Assembly: GCA_002269645.1 (NCBI GenBank)
Contig: NIVC01000933.1
Coordinates: 1-64,000 of the forward strand
Direction: 5' to 3'
DNA length: 64,000 nucleotides
Source of the DNA: Macrostomum lignano
Lineage: Eukaryota
In this document: in pieces, positions 1 to 8,774 of the stretch
How positions within the stretch are numbered: position 1 is the first letter of the stretch
How the letters are laid out: every line of letters begins with the position of its first letter
Notes under the pieces: generated by a model
What the model was told of the DNA's origin: nothing
Seen by the model: only the letters and a program-made list of their open reading frames with translations
Database searches by the model: none
Program-made: the position numbers and the translations under genes

Positions 1-477
1 GGCTCGCGTCGCTTTCACAGGTCGCGAGTGGTGAGACTGGGGATTGTGTCATTGACTTGGCGTCCGAAGAGCAGGTTTGCCGGGCGACTCCTGTCGAGCT
101 GTGCGGCGTGCGCCGGTACGCGGCCAGGTATTCGTCGACAGCTGCCGTCCAGTCTTTGCCTTCGGCGACAGCTGCGCGTATGGCTTTGTTGAGGCCCTTG
201 TTGCAGCGCTCGGTGGCTCCGTTAGCCTGCGGGTAGAGCGGCGTGATCGATGATGGTGGACTCCTTGGCCTTTCAGGAAAGCTGGTGAAATCCGATGATG
301 AGAAAGGCGGCCGTTGTCGGTTGACACCTTGAGCGGCTGGCCGAAGATGCTAAACCACCGTCTGAGCACGCGTATGGCGGCGGCGGCCGTTGTGTCTGCC
401 ATAACTTCAACCAGCGGAAATCGAGAAAAGTGATCGGTGCAGACGAGTAACGACTTTCCTTTGACGGGCCCAGGAAG

Positions 478-3400
478 TCAAGGCCGAGATCGAGCCACGG
501 CCCATCCGGCAGATCCGTCGGCTTCAAGGGCGTTGCCTTCGTAGTCGCCTCGCTGTTGCAGGCGCGCGCAGCTGATGCAGGTGGCCACATGAGTCTCCAC
601 TGCCGAGCGCATGCCGGGCCACCAGACCTTTGACTGCAGGCGGTCCAGTGTCTTCCGCATGCCTTGGTGTCCTAGATGGGCCAGTTGAAGGCACCGGAAC
701 CGCAGCACTGCAGGCACGAACAGCTGGCTGCCGCGCAATAGGAGGCCGTCGTGTTCCGACAGCTCGTGCCTGACGCCTCGGATGTCCTTCAGATCCGCGT
801 CCTTGGAGTCCCAGCTGCCGGTGCGAATGGCGCGGCGGGCAGCCTGCACTGTCGGGTCCTGCTCCGAAGCTGCCTTGATCGCTGATATGCTGAGAGACAC
901 CGGAGTCGCCGCCTGGACGACCATGGCAACGAACGCTGCGTCGGCCCGCTCGCCTCCGTTGTTTGGCGGCAGCGGTAGCGGTTGCCGGCTGAGCACGTCG
1001 GACGGGTTTCCGGCTCCGGGCTGGTAAATGACGCTGAAGGCAAGGTCCTGCAGTCGGAGAGCCATGCGTTCAATTCTGGGCGGCGGCCGAGACCCTGGGC
1101 TGAACATCGAGACGAGCGGTCTGTGGTCAGTTATGACTTTAAAGTGCTCACAGCCGCTGAGAAAATGATGAAATTTTAGACAGCCATACTTTACTGCGAG
1201 TGCCTCGCGCTCGGTCTGGGAGTACCGCTGCTCGGTGGCGCTGAGGCTGCGGCTCGCGTAGGCCACCGGTCGAATCGAACCATCAGGCTGCACTTGGGCT
1301 AGGATGGCGCCGGCTCCGGTTGGACTGGCATCGACGATCAGCTGGGACTGCAGGTCTTTGCTGAAGAATGCCAGCGCCTGGCTACTGGCTATCGTGCGCT
1401 TGATGTCGATGAAAGCTGCTTCTTGATGGTCGCCCCACGCCCACTCTGCCCCGTGCTTTGTCAGATCTCGGAGCGGCCGTGCCCTGTCGGACAGGTTGCT
1501 AATGAAGCGAGCGACAAAGGTGACGAGGCCGAGGAAGGACCTGACCTCGGTAGCGTTGGTCGGTCTTTTGAAGCAGTTAATGGCCGCCACCTTCTCTGTG
1601 CTGGGATGGATTCCGGCTGCGGTGAGGCGCATGGCCAGGAAGTCGACTTCTTGCTGCGCGAACCTGCACTTCGCCGGGTTGAGGGTGATATTGTGGTCTC
1701 GCAACCGCTGCAGACAGTCGCGCAGTCGCTGGTTGTGCTCTTCGATACACTTGGCGTAGATGAGGATGTCGTCGTGTACCCAGCGCACGCCGGGGAGTCC
1801 GCTCAGAACAGTTGTCATCACGCGCTGCAGGATTTCAGAGGCTGACGTGTAGCCCATGCAGAGGCGCCTCAGTCGCATAAGGCCTAGTGGCGTTGAGAAG
1901 GTCAGGAGCTCCCTCGAATCTTCGGCCACCTCGATTTGATGAAAGGCCTTGGCGACATCTAACTCTGAGAAACATGTTGATCCGGCCATCTCGTCCGTAA
2001 CCTCCTCAAATGTGGGAATCGGTTGCTTCTCGGGAATCACGAATTTGTTGACCTCGCGGAGATCCTGGGTGATGCGGATTCGTCCCTTGTCGTCCTTTGG
2101 AACAGCCACCATTCTTGAGCACCATGCTGTAGGTCCGTGGACACGCTCGATGATGCCCTGAGCAAGCTGCTCTTCCAGCTCTTTTCTGACGGCGTCTCTG
2201 AGGTGCACTGGCACGCGTGACGGTGCTTGGCATGTTGGCGTGGCTTCGGGACGCAGCTTGATGGTAACGCGGACGCCTTTGACGCAGCCGATGCCGTGAA
2301 ACCTATCCTCGAATTCGGTCAGGACGCTTTGCAGCTGCGGGTTGTCGGTCGGGTGCTGGTCGTTGATGCTTCGTGACCCGGTGAGACCTGCCACTAATAC
2401 GGGTTGCTTGTTGGCTCCTGGGCCGACCTGTAGCATGCCGAGCTCGGTGCTGGTCTGTCTTCCGATGATGGGGGTGCAGCTGCTTTTTATGATGATGAAG
2501 TTCGGCTGCAGCTTGTGCCCGTTTGCCGCCACGATCAGCCTGGCCTGTCCCTCAACGGCCAGCGGTTGGCTTGCGCCAAGTGGGAAAACCCTTGTGCTGC
2601 AGGGCTCGATCCTGGTGCCCGGGTTGCTGATCCGCCTGAAGGTGCACAGGTCGAGCACGTTGCAGCTCGCTCCGCTGTCGATGAGCGCCCTGACTGCGTG
2701 GCCGTTGATGCTGATGACGAATTTTGCGCTCCCGTTCTTGTCTTCCAGTGTGCAGAACACTTCCTCGCATGACTGGTCGGTCGGCTCGTCCGAGTCGTGG
2801 CCAAGTGCGTTGATGCGCGAACGGCTACTGAGACAAGCCTTAGCGAGGTGGTTCATCTTGCCACAGCTATCGCACTTCTTGCCCTGAGCCTTGTTGCAGC
2901 TTCGGTGTCCAGACTCTCCGCAGCGGATGCATTTGCTGTTAGTCTTTGGCGGCTCGCGGGCTGACCCACCTGGCTGGCGGCGGCGCAGCATGTTGACGTC
3001 TTCGGAGGTGGCAGCGCTTTTCGACATGATGGCAGCTTGCTTTTCGGCCGCCTCATGAGTTCTTGCCAGCTGTAGAGTGTCTGCGAGACTGATGTTTGGC
3101 ACGTTTAAGAGTCGCTTCCTGAGGGCATCGCTGCGGCAACAGGCCACGATTTGATCTCGGATCAGTGACTGCTGCAGGTCTCCAAACTGGCACGCTTCTG
3201 ATGCGCTCCACAGTCTGCTGTACCATGAGTCGATCTGTTCTCCATCCTCTTGAAGGCAATTCCGGAATTGGTATCGGATGAAGACGACATTGTCGCGGCC
3301 TTTAAACTGTTTGTTGAAAGTCTCGATAAGTGTTGAAATGTTTGCACTTTGGCCTTCTGCGATTGTTTCGCTGTTAGCAATCTCTTTGTACATGTCGCTG

Positions 3401-3573
3401 ATTTCCTTTCCGGCCGTGTAGAGCAGAATTTCCCGCTTTTGGGCCTCATTGGTGATGCCACTGGCCGCCAGGTAGCGGTGTAGGTTGTCAGCCCATTCTT
3501 GCCAGCGTTTGCTGACAGTGTGTGGGTCTTCTCTAATGCTGAATGATGCGGGGGGCGGCAGTTGCAAGGCCAT
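478..3573 (-). CDS. Gag-Pol polyprotein (true ATG probably 3573); integrase broken by single-base indels below ~570
   Basis: Zinc knuckles CIRCGESGHRSC and CDSCGKMNHLAKAC; protease ALIDSGAS; RT WVHDDILI; RNase H LIVDASPTGAGAIL and YSQTEREALA; integrase HHCC LAHLGHQG...CISC. Shifted frames give GPWLDLGLDFLGP, STDNG, PLYPQANG. Confidence 0.92.
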   Translation of the reverse strand: MALQLPPPASFSIREDPHTVSKRWQEWADNLHRYLAASGITNEAQKREILLYTAGKEISDMYKEIANSETIAEGQSANISTLIETFNKQFKGRDNVVFIRYQFRNCLQEDGEQIDSWYSRLWSASEACQFGDLQQSLIRDQIVACCRSDALRKRLLNVPNISLADTLQLARTHEAAEKQAAIMSKSAATSEDVNMLRRRQPGGSAREPPKTNSKCIRCGESGHRSCNKAQGKKCDSCGKMNHLAKACLSSRSRINALGHDSDEPTDQSCEEVFCTLEDKNGSAKFVISINGHAVRALIDSGASCNVLDLCTFRRISNPGTRIEPCSTRVFPLGASQPLAVEGQARLIVAANGHKLQPNFIIIKSSCTPIIGRQTSTELGMLQVGPGANKQPVLVAGLTGSRSINDQHPTDNPQLQSVLTEFEDRFHGIGCVKGVRVTIKLRPEATPTCQAPSRVPVHLRDAVRKELEEQLAQGIIERVHGPTAWCSRMVAVPKDDKGRIRITQDLREVNKFVIPEKQPIPTFEEVTDEMAGSTCFSELDVAKAFHQIEVAEDSRELLTFSTPLGLMRLRRLCMGYTSASEILQRVMTTVLSGLPGVRWVHDDILIYAKCIEEHNQRLRDCLQRLRDHNITLNPAKCRFAQQEVDFLAMRLTAAGIHPSTEKVAAINCFKRPTNATEVRSFLGLVTFVARFISNLSDRARPLRDLTKHGAEWAWGDHQEAAFIDIKRTIASSQALAFFSKDLQSQLIVDASPTGAGAILAQVQPDGSIRPVAYASRSLSATEQRYSQTEREALAVKYGCLKFHHFLSGCEHFKVITDHRPLVSMFSPGSRPPPRIERMALRLQDLAFSVIYQPGAGNPSDVLSRQPLPLPPNNGGERADAAFVAMVVQAATPVSLSISAIKAASEQDPTVQAARRAIRTGSWDSKDADLKDIRGVRHELSEHDGLLLRGSQLFVPAVLRFRCLQLAHLGHQGMRKTLDRLQSKVWWPGMRSAVETHVATCISCARLQQRGDYEGNALEADGSAGWAVARSRP

Positions 3574-3578
3574 GGCTC

Positions 3579-3593
3579 GCTCTTGCGACGCCA
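3579..3593 (-). promoter_or_regulatory. Primer binding site TGGCGTCGCAAGAGC (tRNA-Ser-like by inference)
   Basis: TGG 1 nt after the LTR end. TGGCG implies a tRNA ending in G-CCA, typical of tRNA-Ser. Confidence 0.65.
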
Positions 3594-3594
3594 A

Positions 3595-3797
3595 TGTAAT
3601 GGCTATAGTAAGAAGGCCGGAGTTTGCTGAGACGAAAGGTGGAGCCCTGCTAGGTGGGCTGATCGATGCTTATTTATTTTCAGACTATGGAATAAAATCA
3701 CGCCACCAGAGTGGGGGTGAGGAATCGCCGCACTTGAAGTGCATGAATTGTACGCAAGGCCGATGTACATATAAATTGGGCTCGCGTGAGCACTACA
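3595..3797 (-). repeat. 5' LTR, 203 bp
   Basis: Minus strand starts TGTAGTG and ends ATTACA, contains AATAAA, and is immediately followed by the PBS. Confidence 0.8.
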
Positions 3798-4010
3798 ATT
3801 CTCTACTTGGGATTTCCCCAGCTCTAGTATTCACCCAGTTTGGATTCTCCATTTGGTATTTTTCCAGCTCTGGAATTCCCCAGTTTATATTCTCTACTTG
3901 GGATTTCCCCAGCTTTAAGATTCACCCAGTTAGAATTCTCCACTTGGGATTTCCCCAGCTCTAGAATTCACCCAGTTTGGATTCTTCACTTGGGATTCCT
4001 CCGAAGTGTA
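3798..4010. repeat. Degenerate ~45-bp tandem repeat (ATTCTCTACTTGGGATTTCCCCAGCT...) abutting the LTR
   Basis: 4-5 diverged copies visible. Confidence 0.7.
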
Positions 4011-4176
4011 GGTTTAACCCTCCTGGGATTCTCTTTTAGGATTCCCCAGCTTGGGGTTGACGTAGCCGGGATTCTCTATATGGGATTTCTCACCCTCGGG
4101 ATTCCCACTTTGAATTTTTTAAATCAAATTGGACTCCCCTCAAAATTTAGTTTTAAGACTTAATTTTCCAATTGAG

Positions 4177-5469
4177 TCACGTGACTGCCAATCCCGATCG
4201 CAGATCTCCACAGTCGCAGCATCAGCCGGAGGTCGATTATCACAAACACCTGAACGCCGTTAAGCGGCATCACGAAGATCTTCAGCGTCGGGTAGCTGAG
4301 GAGTGGACTGAGCAGCGACTGCGCGAGAGCAACTCGCGAGCCTCGCTGGAGAGGTACTTCGCCAGCCTGAGGGAGATCAGCCCGCGCTCGGAGGTTCGCG
4401 TTCAATTAATAATTTGTGGTTTATTCTAATTGCTCCTAGATTAATGAGTTTGGGATATTAAGATTATTCAGCCCAAATATTTAGGAATATTCGGTATATT
4501 ATTATGAATTTATACTTATGAATATGAGTTTGAAATAATTTAAGGACAAAGTTGGGATTTGGATAATAAAGGGCAAAGTGGGGATTTGGGATAATAAAGG
4601 CCAAAGTGGGAATTTGGGATATTAAAGGTCAAAGTGTGGGAATCGGGATATTAAAGGTCAAAGTGGGGATTTGGGATATTAAAGGTCAAAGTGTGGAAAT
4701 TGGGATATTAAAGGTCAAAGTGGGGATTTGGGATATTAAAGGTCAAAGTGTGGGAATCGGGATATTAAAGGCCAAAGTGGGGATTTGGGGATATTAAAGG
4801 CCAAAGTGTGGGAATCGGGATATTAAAGGCCAAAGTGGGGATTTAAGATATTAAAGGCCAAAGTGGGAATTTGGGATATTAAAGATCTAAGTGGGAATTT
4901 GGGATATTAAAGGTCAAAGTGGGAATTTGGGATATTAAAGGTCAAAGTGGGAATTTGGGATATTAAAGGTCAAAGTGGGGGAATTTGGGATATTAAAGGT
5001 CAAAGTGGGAATTTGGGATATTAAAGGTCAAAGTGGGGACAAAACTCGAACACTTCCGGTTGCTATACCGCTAACGCAGGCCTCGGAGATTGCTCAACAG
5101 TTTGAACCGGTGCCAGACTATGCAGCAGGTGACGGCACCAAAGGCGCACTAGAGCTGATCCGCTGTCCAGAATGCGGCGAGGCGACCGACGCTCGCGACA
5201 ACCTGACCTGGTGCCCAAACTGCGGTCGCTGCCTGACTGTCGTTGTCAACGACGCCACCAACGACAAAGACTGGGCGACTGTTGCGTCGAATTCGTCCAG
5301 GTCGGAATCGGGGGCTTCTTCGACGGTGACTTCGCTGCCAGCCGGCCTGTCATTTGCTGATGGTCTGGACGCCAGTCAGCACCGGGAGATGCAGCGGCGC
5401 CGATGGCAGAAGGAGCTTCTGTCTCCGGATCTGCTGCAGGAATTGCGCTTGGATTTGCCGCCCGAGTGA
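4177..5469 (+). CDS. 3' two exons of an unknown protein with a C-terminal CxxC-x13-CxxC zinc ribbon (exons ~4177-4393, 5080-5469)
   Basis: Phase-0 junction GAG|GT...CTAACGCAG|GCC joins ORFs 4172 and 4975 (ISPRSE-ASEIAQQF). Contains CPECGE...WCPNCGRC; stop at 5469. Confidence 0.6.
4546..5040. repeat. 28/29-bp intronic minisatellite (AAAGTGGGAATTTGGGATATTAAAGGTC), with a 57-bp dimer in its 5' half
   Basis: Direct inspection; fills most of intron 4394-5079. Confidence 0.9.
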
Positions 5470-5566
5470 CGAAAGTTTTTTGGGTTGATCATTGCGATAG
5501 ACCTAGCTGGCTACTGTCAATAGCAACCGATGCCAATTTATAGCATCTTTTAGTCGACTTTAGAAT

Positions 5567-7434
5567 TTCCGGTTGATGATTTTACTAGTGAGTTGTGACA
5601 CTTCCGGTTGATGATTTTACTAGTGAGTTGTGACACTTCCGGTTGATGATTTTACTAGTGAGTTGTGACACTTCCGGTTGATGATTTTACTAGTGAGTTG
5701 TGACACTTCCGGTTGATGATTTTACTAGTGAGTTGTGACACTTCCGGTTGATGATTTTACTAGTGAGTTGTGACACTTCCGGTTGATGATTTTACTAGTG
5801 AGTTGTGACACTTCCGGTTGATGATTTTACTAGTGAGTTGTGACACTTCCGGTTGATGATTTTACTAGTGAGTTGTGACACTTCCGGTTGATGATTTTAC
5901 TAGTGAGTTGTGACACTTCCGGTTGATGATTTTACTAGTGAGTTGTGACACTTCCGGTTGATGATTTTACTAGTGAGTTGTGACACTTCCGGTTGATGAT
6001 TTTACTAGTGAGTTGTGACACTTCCGGTTGATGATTTTACTAGTGAGTTGTGACACTTCCGGTTGATGATTTTACTAGTGAGTTGTGACACTTCCGGTTG
6101 ATGATTTTACTAGTGAGTTGTGACGCTTCCGGTTGATGATTTTACTAGTGAGTTGTGACACTTCCGGTTGATGATTTTACTAGTGAGTCACGCTTCCGGT
6201 TGATGATTTTACTAGTGAGTTGTGACACTTCCGGTTGATGATTTTACTAGTGAGTTGTGACGCTTCCGGTTGATGATTTTACTAGTGAGTTGTGACACTT
6301 CCGGTTGATGATTTTACTAGTGAGTTGTGACACTTCCGGTTGATGATTTTACTAGTGAGTTGTGACACTTCCGGTTGATGATTTTACTAGTGAGTTGTGA
6401 CGCTTCCGGTTGATGATTTTACTAGTGAGTTGTGACACTTCCGGTTGATGATTTTACTAGTGCGTTGTGACACCTCCGGTTGATGATTTTACTAGTGAGT
6501 TGTGACACTTCCGGTTGATGATTTTACTAGTGAGTTGTGACACCTCCGGTTGATGATTTTACTAGTGAGAATTGTGACACTTCCGGTTGATGATTTTACT
6601 AGTGAGTTGTGACACTTCCGGTTGATGATTTTACTAGTGAGAATTGTGACACTTCCGGTTGATGATTTTACTAGTGAGTTGTGACACTTCCGGTTGATAA
6701 CTTTACTAGTGAGTTGTGACACTTCCGGTTGATGATTTTACTAGTGAGTTGTGACACCTCCGGTTGATGATTTTACTAGTGAGTTGTGACACTTCCGGTT
6801 GATGATTTTACTAGTGAGTTGTGACACTTCCGGTTGATGATTTTACTAGTGAGTTGTGACACTTCCGGTTGATGATTTTACTAGTGAGTTGTGACACTTC
6901 CCGTTGATCAGCAAGTTGTGACTCTCCGGTTGATGATGTTACTAGTGTGTTGTGAAGCTTCCGGTTGATGATTTTACTAGTGAGTTGTTAGTTTTGGCAC
7001 TTCCGGTTGATGCTTTTACTAGTGAGTTGTTAGTTGTGGCACTTCCGGTTGATGCTTTTACTAGTGAGTTGTGACACTTCCGGTTGATGATTTTACTAGT
7101 GAGTTGTGACACTTCCGGTTGATGATTTTACTAGTGAGTTGTGACACTTCCGGTTGATGATTTTACTAGTGAGTTGTGACACTTCCCGTTGATCAGCAAG
7201 TTGTGACTCTCCGGTTGATGATGTTACTAGTGTGTTGTGAAGCTTCCGGTTGATGATTTTACTAGTGAGTTGTTAGTTTTGGCACTTCCGGTTGATGCTT
7301 TTACTATTGAGTTGTTAGTTGTGGCACTTCCGGTTGATGCTTTTACTAGTGAGTTGTTAGTTGTGGCACTTCCGGTTGATGCTTTTACTAGTGAGTTGTT
7401 AGTTGTGGCACTTCCGGTTGATGCTTTTACTAGT
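5567..7434. repeat. 35-bp satellite CACTTCCGGTTGATGATTTTACTAGTGAGTTGTGA, ~50 copies, longer variant units at the 3' end
   Basis: ACTAGT recurs every 35 bp; a variant block near 6900 is repeated near 7185. Confidence 0.97.
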
Positions 7435-8159
7435 ACATTCTCAAACATGAGAACTCAGCAAAAGTTAATGTTTTTAATCTCAACAGAAATTGTTCTTTGT
7501 TATTATGCTACTAAAATTAGTTCACTTATTATCAATTTGATCACACATTGAGCTTAATACACATTAATCGATGGTTTTCCTATAAAAATTCATATACTTA
7601 AGCTAGAATTTGTTTAACAGCATAGCACAGTGCGACATTTATGTAAACATGTTTTTTCTTAATAGTAAGTGCATGATGTAAGTTGGGCGAATGGCGGTTC
7701 CTGTGCTATTATGTTTTTTTTCTATTTAGCTAAAAACACGATTGTAATAGATTGTAAATGTTTACGTGTAAATTTTGTAAAAGTGAAATACAAATAATAT
7801 ATTCACTATGTTTTCTTAACGACTGCAATTCATAATGGCAGAAAATGTGTTCAAATACTGTGCACTAATCGTACTGTTTTTTAAAGACTGGGTCAGTAAA
7901 AATCAAAAATTTATTGATGAGCAATGGCTAAAATTTTTGTGTTTTATTAATTTCTCACTTTAATTTTTGCTATAATGCAAGCATACTGTACTAACTATAT
8001 TTTGGAGAAATAGTAATACATTTGACAATTGTCTCAGAATAGAGCTGCGTATTTACAATTTGATATCTGTAAGACTGTAAAGTATATTTCAGTACATAAA
8101 CTGCCTCTAATTCACTATTTGTAAGGGACTTCATAGGTTGGTGAGTTTTTTTGCAAAAC

Positions 8160-8415
8160 GTTCACGAGTAGTTCAGTGAGTAAGTTCATAAGTAAGGTCA
8201 TAAGTGAGGTCTTGAGAGAGTTCATGAGTGAGTTCATGAGTGAGGTCATGACCTCAGTTCAAGTGAGCTCAAGTAAGTGAGGTCATGAGTGAGTTCATAA
8301 AGGAGGTCATGAGTGAGTTCATGAGTGAAGTCATGAGTGAGTTCTTAATGGAGGTCATGAGTGAAGTCATAAGTGAGGTCATGAGTGAGCTTCTGAGTGA
8401 GTTCATGCTTCACTA
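8160..8415. repeat. Degenerate ~12-bp repeat (CATGAGTGAGGT/GTT)
   Basis: Direct inspection; lies just 3' of the NHL gene stop. Confidence 0.75.
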
Positions 8416-8421
8416 TTGAGT

Positions 8422-8692
8422 TTATGAGTGGTATTTAGGACTGATCATCGTACTCGAAGCGTGGTTCCTCCATCTCAGCGTCCTCGAACTCCTCTCTCCC
8501 GTGGCCAGTCGGGGGTCCTCTTCGCTGTCGCCAGCTGAATGCCAGCTATTGCTAACGACAGTGCCAGTCGAAGGTTCGGCCGCGGCGCCTGAGGCCCGGC
8601 GGTGACCCAGCGGTGACCCCGGGACACCGGGTACTCCGAGGTTTGATCGCCAGGTGTCGGCGAACTGTCGCTGTCGTTGCTGCTGCTGCTGC

Positions 8693-8774
<82 letters not shown>

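Larger units (their letters stand above)
1..3797 (-). mobile_element. Ty3/Gypsy LTR retrotransposon (Mag-like), 5' LTR plus gag-pol; runs off the window start
   Basis: Single gag-pol ORF 478..3594 with domain order Gag, protease, RT, RNase H, integrase. LTR 3595..3797 (TGTA...TACA) followed by a TGGCG... PBS. Integrase core continues in shifted frames to position 1. Confidence 0.95.

Noticed and set aside
782-3964. Numerous + strand and alternate-frame ORFs over gag-pol, and similar antisense ORFs over other genes
   Set aside because: Shadow ORFs of GC-rich coding sequence with no motifs.
5567-7434. Regular 35-bp and 27-bp arrays as CRISPR loci
   Set aside because: Head-to-tail units with no unique spacers, no cas genes, eukaryotic context.
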